64,000 nucleotides of DNA. It comes from Camelus ferus (lineage: Eukaryota). Each line of letters begins with the position of its first letter. Within the stretch, counting starts at the first letter, position 1. The translations under genes and the position numbers were made by a program. The stretch lies in the NCBI RefSeq assembly GCF_009834535.1, contig NC_045696.1, positions 79,858,001 to 79,922,000 on the forward strand, given 5' to 3'. Below, piece after piece: positions 1 to 13,020 of the stretch. Below the pieces are notes generated by a model. That model made no database searches. It was not told the DNA's origin and was given only the letters and a program-made list of their open reading frames with translations.

Positions 1-1162
1 TTTAGATCATTAAAAATCTTGTAAGTGCACTCCCAGTGGTTACTAACAATACCTTATAAATGAGGAATATATTATTTTTTCCTTATGCTATTAAAATATT
101 TGAATACTCTATTATATGTTACTCTTGATATATATGAAAAGCAGAAATACACAAGACATAGTCTCTATTTGCATTATAATAAAGTGAAAAAGTAATATTA
201 AAAGTTATAACAAGAAAAACCACCCTTCTGAAAACAAACAGTGCTATCCTCAGTAGTTTTTCAATCAAAGAGAAATTAAAATCTATAATTAGAGACTTGG
301 GGAAAAATTATGAGAATAAAATATACTCTATCATTCTTAAGAATACGGTCAAAGCTAAAAATCAGTTTAAAAATCATAGTTATAAATGCCTTCTTTATTT
401 AGAAAAAAACATAAGTGGATTGAATTTTAAGTTAAGAATAAAAGAAATAATAAAATAGAACCTAGAGAGGACAAAAATGTATTAATAAATATAAAAATTG
501 AAATGAGTAAATTGAAACACAGAAAGAACAGTAGAATTAATTAGAATAAATAGCTAAATCAAAGATTAATTTGGTTAAAAAGACTAACAAAACACCAAAT
601 CTCTGGCAACTCAATTCCAGTATAATATTTCATAAAAATTATAGTATAATTTTTAAATTTTTTAATTTTGTTTGTTGATATTTTTGTTGATGTAGTTCTG
701 CTTTATTATTCACTTTCTAAATCCTTGAGTTTAATATTCTGTTTATTTAATGCTTTTTTGAATCAGTAATTAATCCAAATCGTCCCTACAAAAGATCAGG
801 ACAAAGTCCATAATCATGTTGATAGATCCAAAGGGTATTTGAAAAACTTTAACATTTATTTCTGATAATAACTCTTGACAAATAATATTTTAAGTTAATC
901 CATAATCATAATTATCAGAGAAATACTAAAGCATCCCTAGAGTACTTAACTTAAAAGTCCTTTTAAAAATTAGCCTATGCAGTAAGAGAAGAAAAAAGAT
1001 GTAAATATTTAAAAGAAGTATCAAACATAATTATTTGTGGGTGATGAGAATAAAACTAAATTATTGCAATATTAAATAATGAATAAAAATAAGTATTTTT
1101 AAAATGCATGTCTAAATGCTGGCAATAAAAAGTTAGGAAATACAATTTTTAAAATCCCATTC

Positions 1163-1296
1163 TTTTTTTTTTTTTATGAGGGGGAGGTAATTAGGTTTAT
1201 TTATTTATTTCTGTTTGGAGGAGGTACTGGGGATTGAATCCAAGACCTCGTACATGCTAAGCATGTGCTCTACCACTTGAACTATACCCTCCCCCC
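1163..1296 (-). mobile_element. tRNA-Ala-derived camelid SINE (Vic-1 type)
   Basis: Reverse strand reads GGGGAGGGTATAGTTCAAGTGGTAGAGCACATGCTTAGCATGTACGAGGTCTTGGATTCAATCCCCAGTACCTCC, then an AT-rich tail and poly(A). Imperfect TSD taaaa-tcccattctt / taaaagtcccatcctt. Confidence 0.9.
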
Positions 1297-1325
1297 TAAA
1301 AGTCCCATCCTTAATATTCACATAT

Positions 1326-1463
1326 GTAGTGCTTTTCAAACTTTAATATGCATAAAAATCACCTGAGGGTCTTATTAAAATGCAGACTCAGTAGATTTGG
1401 GGATCAAGATTTTACATTTCTAATGAGCTCCCAAGTGCCGCTGATCATACTTTGATTAGTAAA
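1326..1463. mobile_element. MER5-like hAT-Charlie MITE remnant
   Basis: gtagtgcttttcaaactttaatatgcataaaaatcacctgagggtcttattaaaatgcagac...tttctaatgagctcccaagtg resembles the MER5A/B consensus. Confidence 0.7.
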
Positions 1464-2721
1464 GTGTATGTGTATGAGTGTATATATATATCTCTCTCTC
1501 ACACATTTACATACCTATCCATATATACAAATATATACTATATATGCAGATATATTATCATGTATAATTCTCATTTATAATTTTTAAACTTAAGAATTAA
1601 CAAGAAACTAATAAAACATCTATGTTAAAAAAGATAAAAGAAAGGTTAAACTATTACTGGGAGACATAAAAGAATATTTGAATAAAGAAGAAAATATGTT
1701 CCTGAATGTGAAGACAATGTTATAAACATGTCAATTCTTCTTCAAATCAATCTATGCCTTCAACACCAATGAAAACCACTAAATGTTGGGGGTGGGTTGC
1801 ATCTTTAAAAAATAAAAACAATAAAGTTCATTAGAAAGAATAAATACGCCATATAAGATAAAATTTTCACAAAGAGAACACCAGGTAGTTCTTTCCCTTC
1901 CAGAAATTAATGACAAGAATTAAAACAACTTGTTTCTGTCAGAGTCAGACAGATCAAAGTGTGTATACAAACTCCAGTCATTGATCTAAGTGTGCATATG
2001 AACTTAATATATAATAAAGGTGACACATCAAATCACTGAGAAAAAGATAAATCTTTTGACAAGTGCATTAAGACACCTCTAATAATTACTCAAATAGACT
2101 TATATCCTGGTCTTGCAACATTATGACCTTGGGACTTAATAAAACAAGAGAACATGCACTCATGCACACACACACATCAAATTATATGAATTTTAATGTA
2201 CAAAAAAATGTTAAAGCATTCACAAATAGAAATCATAAAAAGCTAAGCTATACCACAGGGAACAAATAGATAAAGAAATTAAACTTTTATCTATCATAAT
2301 ATTTATTATTTTACGTGATCCCATTCTCCTAGAAGGGCTAGTCAATACTGTGGACCTTCGTGGCCCACTACTAACCCTGTCTTCTTTCTTCTGACAACAA
2401 TTCACTGACTTCTACAATTTAGCCACTCTAACATAATTTTTGTTCTTTTACCAAAATCCCTATCAGCATAACAAAATCAGAGTTATTTCCTCTCTTAAAA
2501 TCAAATGAATCAATACAGAGATCTGGCTCTGATTATAACTATATAGTCGTTTTTATTTTCACTACGCCCAGTTAGACTGACCATTTTGGTTATAGGTAGA
2601 CTCCTAGATCTCCTCACATGGCATCAAATGATAAATGATGAAGAACTTTTTAAAGGATAAATCAACATTTCCTCTACAAGCTGTACACAACATAAAATAT
2701 ACCATTAAAAGGGTAGTCATT

Positions 2722-2808
2722 ATGCTGTATGCCAGAAATTGACACAACACTGTAAACTGACTATACTTCAATAAAATATACATATATACAAGAAAACAAA
2801 AACAAAAG
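2722..2808 (+). mobile_element. Extremely 5'-truncated artiodactyl/camelid L1 (3' tip plus A-rich tail)
   Basis: atgctgtatgccagaaattgacacaacactgtaaactgactatacttcAATAAA followed by an A-rich tail. Imperfect TSD aaagggta-gtcatt (2708-2721) / aaaggatatgtcatt (2809-2823). Confidence 0.8.
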
Positions 2809-3944
2809 AAAGGATATGTCATTTTAGAAAGCATCAAATAAACTAATAAAGGTGTAAAAACTAGGCCTTACAATCACTGCAAGCATTTCCTTGCCAAGTG
2901 TCTAATAGGGCATATTATAAGCTTACTGTGAATGCTGCAATAATTATGAGTCCCAAAAATATAATATCTCATCCTAACTTTCTAAGCATCCTTTTATAAT
3001 TATACCTCCACCTCTTAGAGTAGACTGGATCCTGGTCTTCTTTCATCCCTCTTATGAAGCTGTGATTCATGTGGTTCAGTGCACGGTGGTGCCGCAGTTT
3101 AAAAGAACCTAGTTAGTTTAGCAATAGTGATTTCTAAACTCATGTCCTCTACTTGTATTTCTTCAACGTCTTAAGAACAACTTGTAATTACATGAAAAAT
3201 TTTCATCTATTCTTTTTAAGAATTACACTGCAACAGCATTTACCTCACCAACCCTCACGACCCACAAAAATCTCCTCCACTAAAGCCACTTTGATGACTC
3301 CTCCTCTCCCTTCTCCCTCTATTTTACTAAATGCTTCTCTCACTACTCCTGCCCACCCCATCCCATACTTCATTCCAGTCAAATCCATTTGGATCAAAAG
3401 AACATAGCTGGCAAAGCAAGATTCCTGGAGAACAGCTCAGTAAAACCATAATACCACATCATGGGCAAAGAGATGTCAAAGGCTAGAAATGGCCATGCAG
3501 TAAGGATTTTGTCCCATCACACTTCAGACATTTACTGAGAATGCACAAGTGAATGAAGGATTACAAATGAAGAGGAAAGAATTAGCTACAATGTGGAAGA
3601 AAAAGTTCTTGCCAGACTCAGAAGACCCAGAAACCTAGACAGAGCACTATTCTTTTCACTCTGATCTAATTTTACAAGATTCCTTTTATAGAAATAAAAT
3701 ACACAAACATGCTTTGTAAATATACTCTTTTTCTGAATTAATATAATATTAGTAGTAGATTAATAGTTCAGTGTTGATATGGAATAAACTCATGTAATAG
3801 GCTTTCAATTTCCAATATTTTAATCAGAAATCACCAAAATTCTTGGAGGATTAGTATATTCATTTGTACAAATTACAAATCACAGAATACAGTAAAACTT
3901 TGCTAACTCAGGCCTCCCTAATTCAGAAATCATCATAGGGAAGC

Positions 3945-4135
3945 AGTAAGGTATAATACAAAGTGCTGTGGCTAGAGATGGGAAACAGTAATAAACTTGA
4001 AGCGGCACTGCAACTAACTAGTGTATGATTTTAGAAAGGTCCCTTAACCTTTCTGGACTCTGTTCACTTGTGTTTAAAGTGAGGTAGATTATTCAAATCA
4101 ATCCATCCTATCATCATATAATTCTATGATTCTGT
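3945..4135 (+). mobile_element. MIR-family SINE remnant
   Basis: actaactagtgtatgattttagaaaggtcccttaacctttctggactctg core with a ttctatgattct tail (MIR3-like). Confidence 0.6.
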
Positions 4136-4218
4136 GTGAGCCAGATAGGTGCTTCTTTTTTACTTTACTCTTTCCATAAGCAGTGTTTCTGGGAACGGAA
4201 TTATTCTCATCTGTGTGT

Positions 4219-4373
4219 CTGTTTTTTTAATCTAGAGCTCATGAATAGCTTTAAAGGGTCACAGGAATTTCCCAAATTTGGGCAATCATGTTCACGTGCA
4301 TTTTTCTGAACAGAAGTCCATAGCTTTCATCTGATTCTCAAAAATGCTCTCAAAAAAAGATGAAGAACCACTT
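4219..4373 (+). mobile_element. Charlie4z-like non-autonomous hAT MITE
   Basis: gtgcatttttctgaacagaagtccatagctttcatctgattctcaaa...aagaaccact matches the recalled Charlie4z 3' half. Confidence 0.7.
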
Positions 4374-5380
4374 ATCTCAATAATGAACTAATTCCAAGTG
4401 ATTCTCATCAACTTGTGGAAACAGGCTCACAAAAATATTGTTTAATAATCCTGTATTTGTTCTGTAACATTTTGTATTTTATGGCAATAACGCAACACAC
4501 TGTTACAATATAAGTTACACTTCAAACTTTCACTAATGGCTGTCTCCTCATTCAGTGATAGTTGGTGGTCTACATCTGTCTAGTTCACCTCATTATATCA
4601 AATGCCTTGAACAGTGCCTGGCTCTCAGTGAGGCAAGAAGAAGAATGGCTACCAGTTTATCTCCAGGGGAAGAAGGCAACTGTGGGGTGACTATCTTCTT
4701 ATCTGGACTTGGATTGAGATTCCAGGATTCTACGAAATAATGGAAGAATTAGCAAGTAAGGACAGATAGATTATCGTATCCAAAAGTCAAGCTCTGTAAT
4801 TTCAGTAAAAGAAAATGGAAACTGAAAGTGAACAAGGGCCTTACCAAAAGTGGCAAGGTCATGACCAGAGTCCTTAGCCAATGGTACAGGGGCTCCTTCC
4901 ATTCCGCTACATTGTCCAGCTTGGGAAGGACCCAGGGCCTAATTATAGAGTGCAAATGAGCATATCACTCAAATTCCAGTTCCCTTCTTGTACCTGAAAT
5001 ACAGCTAACAATCTCCTCCTTCATTACAGGTAGACATACCATAAATTACCTGTGATTTTTCCCTGACTTATTAACTATAATTAAAAAAATCATGCCTTAT
5101 ATGTAATATAAGTTGGATTCAAATTCTTTGCCAGTGTCATGTCTATAAAAGTTAGCCAGTGTTATAAATAAAATGGCTTTCATCATGCAAACTTGGCTTT
5201 TCAATAATGCTTGTTTATTTGTCTTAACTGACAATTACAGGAAGGAAAAATGATTCATTCATTAGTATCTTTTAAAATATATAGGATGTAAAACTGAATG
5301 AATGTTATTTCATTCCTATACACTTCTGGTAATTGACTTTTAAAAGCTTAATAACATTTGCATTTATTTTATCTTTTCAG

Positions 5381-5470
5381 GAGCATTGTTTTAAACCCAG
5401 CCTATTTCCGAAATCATCTTCGTCAGGCAACAGTGTTTAGATGTCTGGAGCGATATTCAGAAGCTGCTCG
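5381..5470 (+). CDS. SPATA16: SPATA16 internal coding exon (human exon 4 equivalent), phase 2-2, (R)SIVLNPAYFRNHLRQATVFRCLERYSEAA(R)
   Basis: Acceptor ttttatcttttcAG (AG 5379-5380), donor CG|gtatgt at 5471, 90 nt. The peptide matches the SPATA16 TPR-region sequence as I recall it and splices in frame to 39803. Confidence 0.96.
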
Positions 5471-6967
5471 GTATGTTTGTTGTAACTTTTGTGAAGATTT
5501 ATTTCAAGTTAAATTAATTTTATTCTCAGCTTCTGGTAATAGCATAATAGGACTTTCCATTTCTCTTGTGGAATATGATTTTACCAGAATTATTGTCTTA
5601 TAAATGTCAAACCAACAATTATTGACTATCTTTTTCTTTAATTAAAGCCATTCTGTGTTCATAGCTGTTAGTAAAATTCAAACTTTCCAGGCATGAGGTC
5701 ACTTATAATGATGGGGAAACTTCCAGGGAAGATGAGAAACGGACCTGACCTCTTGCTCTCAAGTAGGTTCCTGATCCTGGTTGTTAATGACACACTTTTG
5801 CAACTACCTTTTTCTTGCGTTCTGGAAATAAAATCCAACCACGTAAAAAGGACCCCAGCATCCCATTTCTAGAGAAGTCAGCATCACTTATAATACCAAG
5901 GGTTGTTACAGGTGTCCTAAAGTATTGTCTTTTTAACCCAAAATACGCCTCATAAAAACCTAGTGAAGCAGCTCCTGATAGACTCATCCCCAGAGCCTAG
6001 ACGTACAGCAAAAAATTGCAAGAATCGTGCAGCAGCCCGAAGGCTCTGCTCAAAATTCCTTCTCCCCTGTAACAACTTAGGCTTTTCCCTCCGAGTCAAC
6101 CTCATCATATCAGACTCCCCTTCCCTTTGATAAATTCTCTCAAAGAATTTTCTTCATCTCTCAGTATACAGGTCCCTGCTGTTTCTTACCCATCCACTTT
6201 ACCACCCCAGGAATTTATCAGGAAAGTGTGACTGGTTTCTGCACGTACTCCAACCATAACTACTAGGGAGAAACCCACAGTAACAGGAACGGGGGGCCCA
6301 GGTTGCTGGTGGCTACTATCTCTAGAACTTTTGGAAATGACCCGTTCTTGGAAAACGAAGTTTAAAGAATTTAAGTGGATAATGAAATGATTCCATAAAA
6401 TTGATACCATGAGTTTGACACGAATTCCATTTTATAAGATGGTCCTAGGAGTTACTTGAACTCAATTAAATGATAGATATGGAAGGCAGAAATAATCACA
6501 ACTACTCTCACTCTGCAGTCAAACAACCAATATGGCAAAACATTTATTTAACTGTGTTCATGTCCACTTTGAATAATTAAAATAGGTCTTTATCAATCTC
6601 TTTTTTCACATTTTATTTTTCCTTATACTTTTTTCCTAAATGTTTTATCTTACATATTCACATACAACATCTTCCTAGTTGGTATTTTCTCCACTGAGTT
6701 GTCCCTATGGCTCACGGGCTGTCCACACACACTATGTGAGTGAGAGGACGTTTAAGAGATGACAGTAAGCTTCCTTCTGTCCCACACTTTTTAAAGGCAA
6801 TTAGCTACAAATGAAGCTAATAAGTTCAGCATAGAGAGATACAATTATCTGTAAAATAGTTTCCCTTGAGAAGAGGTTTATTAATGTGTCTTCTGAATTT
6901 AATTGAAAGATAATAGGAAAAAGCTAGATGCAACTTCAGAAGTAGATTGCAACTAGTTAAAAGCTGC

Positions 6968-7167
6968 TAGTGGTGTGCTGGGTAAGCTTGTACAGACTCT
7001 AGGAAGTCAACTGTTAAATATTCAGGAATATCAGGAGATGTTAACTTCAGCTGTTAACTGTAGGAGAAATTAGCAATGCTGGGAGAATTTACACTACAGA
7101 AATTGGCAAATGTTACAAATCCATACTTTTTGAGTTTAGGAGAGAGTCAGATACCAGCATATCATTG
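6968..7167. mobile_element. MER63A-like hAT-Blackjack MITE
   Basis: Terminal inverted repeats tagtggtgtgctgg ... ccagcatatcattg; internal tttacactacagaaattggcaaatgttacaaatc. Confidence 0.75.
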
Positions 7168-7728
7168 ACTATAACTTAATTGTATCTAACCTAACTGTGT
7201 GGCTTAAATTTGTGATAATAATTCTTAATGGTTCCTAAAACAAATTAATAAACAATGAGAAGTTGAAAATTAGGAATTTGTCAGTACTCACCATGTAATA
7301 TTGGCAGTGACTCTCCATTTCTTTTGACATTTATATCCCTGCAGTACAATAAATATATCTGTTTAATAATATTTGATGACTAGCTCAACAATGCTCCTTG
7401 AGAAAGTTCCTGATAATTGTTGGCTATAGCATTGTAGACTTTCCAACAGAAGCAGACACAATTTCTTTCATATACAAGTGTTTTTCATCTTGGTTTCCTT
7501 GGCAATTATAATCCTCCATGTAGAGTATTAGTCATCCTTCCTCCAACCCCCAATCCGTCACTAAGGAAGAATTAGCTGTGTATTTCTACATACATGAGCT
7601 AGACAGCGGGATTCTAGAGCAGAAATAACACACTGAAATGCTTATAAAGCCTATGCAGATAGTGTGTGAAGGAGGCCAATTAAAAGACAAAACGTGCACA
7701 AACTAGGGAGAACTGGAATTCATTCACT

Positions 7729-7865
7729 GGAGTGGCCATACAATTTATTTTTTGGATTAAATACTGCAATAGTGAAAGTAGGCACTATTAAGAATTATGC
7801 AAAGAAAACAAGCATAAACCAGGACCGTCATGAGCACACTGGCCGTGCTGAAGGGAGCAGCCTTA
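7729..7865. mobile_element. MER94/MER81-like hAT-Blackjack MITE remnant
   Basis: ggagtggccatacaattta...agtgaaagtaggcactattaagaattatgc...agcataaaccaggaccgtc; resembles the copy at 25233. Confidence 0.5.
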
Positions 7866-10800
7866 TTCAAGTCCAGCTAATGTTCCTGTATAGAAATATA
7901 GGTTCAATGTAGCAGATTTTTCAATCTTCAAGAAATAGTGTAATAATCTAGAGCTTTCCAAGAAATTTACTGACTTTTAAATGTTGCTAATTATTTCAAG
8001 TTTTTCAAACACAGTTCATCTTAAGAAAGCTGAAATAGTCCCATTCATGAAAATGTAATTCATTGAAGAATCAATTTGCCAAGTGACCAGTTTGCAGAAT
8101 TCACCAAATTTAAAGTTTACTAAAATCTTATTTTGAGAAATAATCTTGCTAATTAATAGAAATACATTTTCTTATGTACATATTTCTCATAAAGACATTC
8201 AGCAAATTTTTTAATGTTTTGCAATTTTTCAATTTTTTAAAAGCTAAGGTTATGGAATGATTTATTCTCATAAATACATTCTTCTTATGTATATGATTAT
8301 TACTCTACCTTTCTATAGTACATCCTATGATTATTTCCTTATTCATATAACCAAAATTTAAAAGTTAAACAGTTCATATTAATTTCTTTCTGATATTTTA
8401 AAAGTCCTTTTTTTGTTTATAACATTTCATCATTTTTACAATTCTTTCCCCAATTTTTGGAGAGTGACCAAATTTGCCCATGTGATAAAATGTATTTTTA
8501 ACTGTTTATAGCAGTTACAACAACTTGTATTTAAGGAGGCAATTTGAATAGCATTCTACTTTATCTTCTGAAACTAGAAAGCCAAGATAGGGAAAAGGAC
8601 AGTGGGCAATACAGTACAGTCTGGGCTTTGGATCCCACAGAGGTGAGACTAAAGCAAAGAGAGAAACTGAGGGCCCAGAACTCTGGAGTCCTGGCTACCT
8701 TCAAATCCATCTGCAGAATTATTATAAATTTTCTAAAGAGTAACAATAAGCTAAGTTTTAGGAGATAAACATATCTATAAATCTAACAAATTGGTCATTC
8801 AACAAACTCATCATCTGAGAAGCTGATCTGAAGCCCACAGAAGGCTGTGTGTGGGTCACAGCTTTTAAGCCTGGATCCAGTCTTCTCTCCAGCCCTAAAT
8901 GGAACCTGGAATTTAATCCCTCAAGAGGCCAGGGCTGAGCTTCCTCCAACCAGCGGAAGGATTCTTTCCCACATCAAATTTTGTGCAAAGCCAGCTGGGG
9001 GAAGATTTTGGTCTAAAAGGAGCAGTCCACTATTAGAAAAAGATGTTATTTTACAAAGTTCAATAGCATTAGTTAATTTACTATCTACAACAAATCTGAT
9101 TTGCTCTTTGATTTTGAAATATTATTATTTAATGTCATGTAAGTTATATAATATTGTGAGAAAGATTAAATAATACAATATGTAGGCCAAAATTTTCTTA
9201 TCTTTGCCCTTCTTAATGTACTGCACTAAATGACACATTGGCTCTCAGAGCTATTTCATGTTACATTCACCTTTCAGGATTAAAAACACAAGTTGGTAAG
9301 ATGCTACCACGCTGTATCAGTCTGCTTGTTGATATAATAAGGGTTTTCTCCCTCATAATTAATTCTCAGCTTTGCCTCTCTCACTCTCAACCTGACAGCA
9401 GCTTTTAGTTCACTCCGATTTTACCATTTTGGCTACCTGCCATTCTCATCCTCCTCCACATTTGCCTTTTATTCTGATTTCTTTTTCTCTTTTCTTTTTT
9501 TTTTTTTTTTTGACTCTTACCTTTTCTGGGGAAAAAAAAAATCCCTTCCTTGTGAACATCCCCTTCCTTCTAGTCATTAATAAGCCTTTCTAAAATCATC
9601 TTATTCCTTCTTTAAGACTTTGGCTTTCCTTGGGGATTGCCATTATTTTAACTGATCAGTGATTACATTTGTTTCTGTTTTATCTTATTTTTGATACTCT
9701 GAGACAAATTAAAATACTTGAATTTTCTGAGAATCTGCTCTCTGGATAAGTGTACAATGAAAACCTCAAACAATAAATTCCTTAATAATGATTATTTTAG
9801 AAATGAATGGTCAGCTATGCCTAAGGAGTGCCACATTAGAGTACTGAATGAGAATTAGTATAAAACTTCAGGTCTGGGCTCTCTGTGAGTATCAAGATGT
9901 TCCAGGGTTCTTTGCCAGGCAGTGTGTTTCTGTTAAGTCAAATCAAACCGTGGTATTTTAAGATGCATTAATTCATAGCTACCCTCACTGACAAGCAAGA
10001 TAGTAGAGGTTAGTAGAGACGGAAGTAGGTGGGTTTCTTGAGACCCAGGGGACTTGGGGATTTGGCTCTGTTGTTGTTGTTTTCTTATGAAAGTTGTTCC
10101 CACTGGAAATTGGAAATAATGCATACATAAATCACAATCTGTCAAAAGAAAAGAGTGATCCAAAAATAAATTGAAGTGTTTGTTCAGAAATCTGGAAACA
10201 TAAAACAGTGGTGTTGACGCAGATAAGCAATCACTCAGGAGTAGTAGTACAACAGCAAGCAGGGAGAAACTGTGTCAGCTTTTTTGGTGCCATGGAACTC
10301 AATGATTTTAAATGAGATTATTATGTATCTTGCAAGGGAGGAGAATATACTGACAGGTAGACTCAAGACAAGTGATTCTGAAGAGATGATAGTAGTGTTG
10401 GGAGCTTATTTTAACAGTTCTGATTCAACTGGAAGCAGAAAATCCATTCATTCACCATGCAAGATGCTAAAAATACACCACAGGGTTTTTTTGTTAAAAT
10501 AAGTTCTCATTTATGCCTACAAATAGATTAAATGACGAGTGTAGGCTCATTTTTATTCTTAAATTGGCCATCTGCCTGATGGGCTTTCTTTCTGTTTATT
10601 GGAGGCAGTCCACCGTTGCGAGAATAGCTTTAGTGTGGTCAGGCTTAGCCAGTCATACGTAACATACAGTGATATGTTGGAAGGCGGGCATGATCATTCC
10701 TCCATTAAGTGACTTTCCTTTTCCCTACCTATGACACAGCTGCATGAATCCTAAGCGCTGTAAAAATATTGCTTCTTAATGTATGATTTCTAAAACTCAT

Positions 10801-11260
10801 ATCAATAAAGAGATTTTTAGTCATTTCACATGGCTTAGGTTAAATATCTAACTATAAGACTATACAACACACCCAACTTTTACGTATGTAAGGTGTAGTG
10901 TTCGTGATTTTAAGGGAGAAAGTGAAGGTTCAAATATACTACAGCTTCAAGTTTCTAGCCATCTCTTACGTCTTAAAGATTTAAAATTGCAGATTTATAA
11001 ATGTCTAATTTTATCATAAAAACACCAATTGTATAAGGCTATAATAACATCAGGTGGCTAAAATGTAATTCTGTTGCCTTAAGAAAAGTTTTGAACATGA
11101 TCCAAATTATAAGTAAATCACACTAAGGATACATAATCTTACATAAATAGAGGAAAAAAAATTTAACTCAGGCTGTTAAAAACAGCATCCAAAAATCCAT
11201 TAGGGGAAAACAAACATTGATTGACTTTGTGAATTCCTCTCTCTTGCTGATGTTTATCTT

Positions 11261-11408
11261 TTTTTTTTTTTTTTTATTGTTTTGGGGTTTTTGGGGGGGT
11301 AATTTGGTTTATTTACTTATTTATTTTCAATTGAAGTACTGGGGATTGAACTGAGGACCTCATGCATAGTAGGCATGCAGCCTACCGCTGAGCTATACCC
11401 TCCCCCCT
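11261..11408 (-). mobile_element. tRNA-Ala-derived camelid SINE (Vic-1 type) with perfect 14-bp TSD
   Basis: Reverse strand GGGAGGGTATAGCTCAGCGGTAGG...AGTTCAATCCCCAGTAC plus poly(A). TSD ctgatgtttatctt at 11247-11260 and 11409-11422. Confidence 0.92.
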
Positions 11409-11924
11409 CTGATGTTTATCTTGGTAATTATTTTTGTCCCTTTTCTCTTTTGAATGATATACTATGCATTTGTATTACCTCTAAGCACTTCTAAACTAAT
11501 TTAGAAATGCATACAGTTCTGGGGCTACATGTACCTTCTAGGACTATGTGTACTTTCTGCAAATAGTGTAGTGGGTTACAGAGGAAAATGTTTTTCATTG
11601 CTATAGATCTAACCTTGCATCTTTAAAAAAGTGGGTGGAGCAATGAAGACAACACAAGAGAGACAGTAATAAGGCTCCGGGGTGTCACATTTTAAATGTG
11701 AAGAAATAAGATTTCTTCCCTCCTTCTTCCCTTCAATCAGATGTCTACCTGATTTCACATTTTCTACAAAAATGGAATGTAGAAAAGCAATTAAACATTA
11801 AAAGTTTAATGCAAAAAAGCTGATGTTTAACTCAGAGTTCTGAGCTGTTCTCTAATATCAAAGTGTTGCCAAGTAAATTAGAGTTGAGTCTGTAGATGTT
11901 AAAATTATAATAAATGGATCAAAA

Positions 11925-12072
11925 CCTCTGTGTTTTTAATCTGTAAATTGGAGATAATAATAGCACCTGTGTCACAGAGGTTATTATGAGGATAAATGAG
12001 ACAATTCACGTTGTGCACTTGGCACAGTACTTGCCACATCATAAACGCTCAATAAAAAATGAGCTATTATCA
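11925..12072 (+). mobile_element. MIR SINE
   Basis: atctgtaaattggagataataatagcacc...gttattatgaggataaatgag...acgctcaataaa. Confidence 0.8.
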
Positions 12073-12779
12073 TTGTTTCAGTTGTTGTTAGCAATCAGAG
12101 CTCTCTGAAGATAGATGAAGCTACCTCAAGAGACAATAAGTTTCTCAACATTGAAACCACAATATTTTGAGCAATCCTTTAGCTGAAATTCTGCACAACA
12201 AGAAACAAAACTACACCCCAAGACTATTAGATTCTGTCTCACTCCAAGAGTCTGCACATCTGTGTTTTTGGAAAGCCCCCTGTTAACATAGGGGTTAAAG
12301 GACAAGGGTTTGGCTGCTTTAAGGAGTTAAAAGGGGCAAGATTCTAGCTTTTAAAATAAATTTTGTGTATGAATATATTATGAATTTTAGCATCCTGTTT
12401 CAGTCTGAGTGATATTCTAATTATTCCTGAAGGGAGTCAGACTGTGGAGGTCTCTGGGGTTGGTAGATGGAGCTTTAAATCACATAGAAAAAGAAAAGTG
12501 TTCAGGTCACCTCATTTTTACTCTAATTCTCCTTTTTTTTTTCCCCTTTCCTCAATTCTGTCAAAAATAGCAATACCTCCACAAAAGATTTAGGCTGAAA
12601 ATACTGACACTACCAGAAACTCCAACTGAAATTCATAAACCTTTTTTTTTTTAATACTGGCATTGGTTCATCACACTATTATTCACATAAATTAATCTCG
12701 ATGCCACTAATTATGAAAATTGCTCATAAGTCAAAAGTTCTGATTTTGTATCTGTCTGCTAAAGAGGAATCAACTACAC

Positions 12780-13020
12780 TAGAGAATTATAGTCAAGCCA
12801 GGGAGAGTTGTGTTCTACTCCCAAGACTACAAATAACTGCCTATGTGTGACCGTGGGCAAGTTAATTAAGTAAGCTCTTTGAGTTTCAATTTCCTCAACC
12901 ATAAAATGAAGATAATAATACTACTTTACAAAGTAGGCATAAGGAGTAAATAAAATAATGAATATAAAACACTAAACTCAGTGCCTCGCACAGAGTTACG
13001 CCTTCAGTGATTCATCATTA
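12780..13020 (+). mobile_element. MIR SINE
   Basis: tgtgtgaccgtgggcaagtta...tttcctcaaccataaaatgaagataataatac. Confidence 0.75.

Larger units (their letters stand above)
200..2300 (+). mobile_element. Highly decayed old L1 (L1M/L1ME-like) ORF2 fragments, interrupted by a SINE and a MER5-like element
   Basis: A-rich L1-like tracts, e.g. cataatcatgttgatagatccaaagggtatttgaaaaa (~810, [14 protein letters not shown] region) and aagacaatgttataaacatgtcaattcttc (~1711). Boundaries approximate. Confidence 0.6.

Noticed and set aside
1220..1296. tRNA-Ala gene (also at 11335-11408)
   Set aside because: The tRNA-like head continues into an AT-rich tail and poly(A) with TSDs and has stem mismatches, so it is a SINE.
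5358..5603. 81-aa ORF as a standalone gene (likewise 59141..59359)
   Set aside because: Non-ATG starts lie in intron. Only the splice-site-bounded cores are coding, and the rest is intronic read-through.
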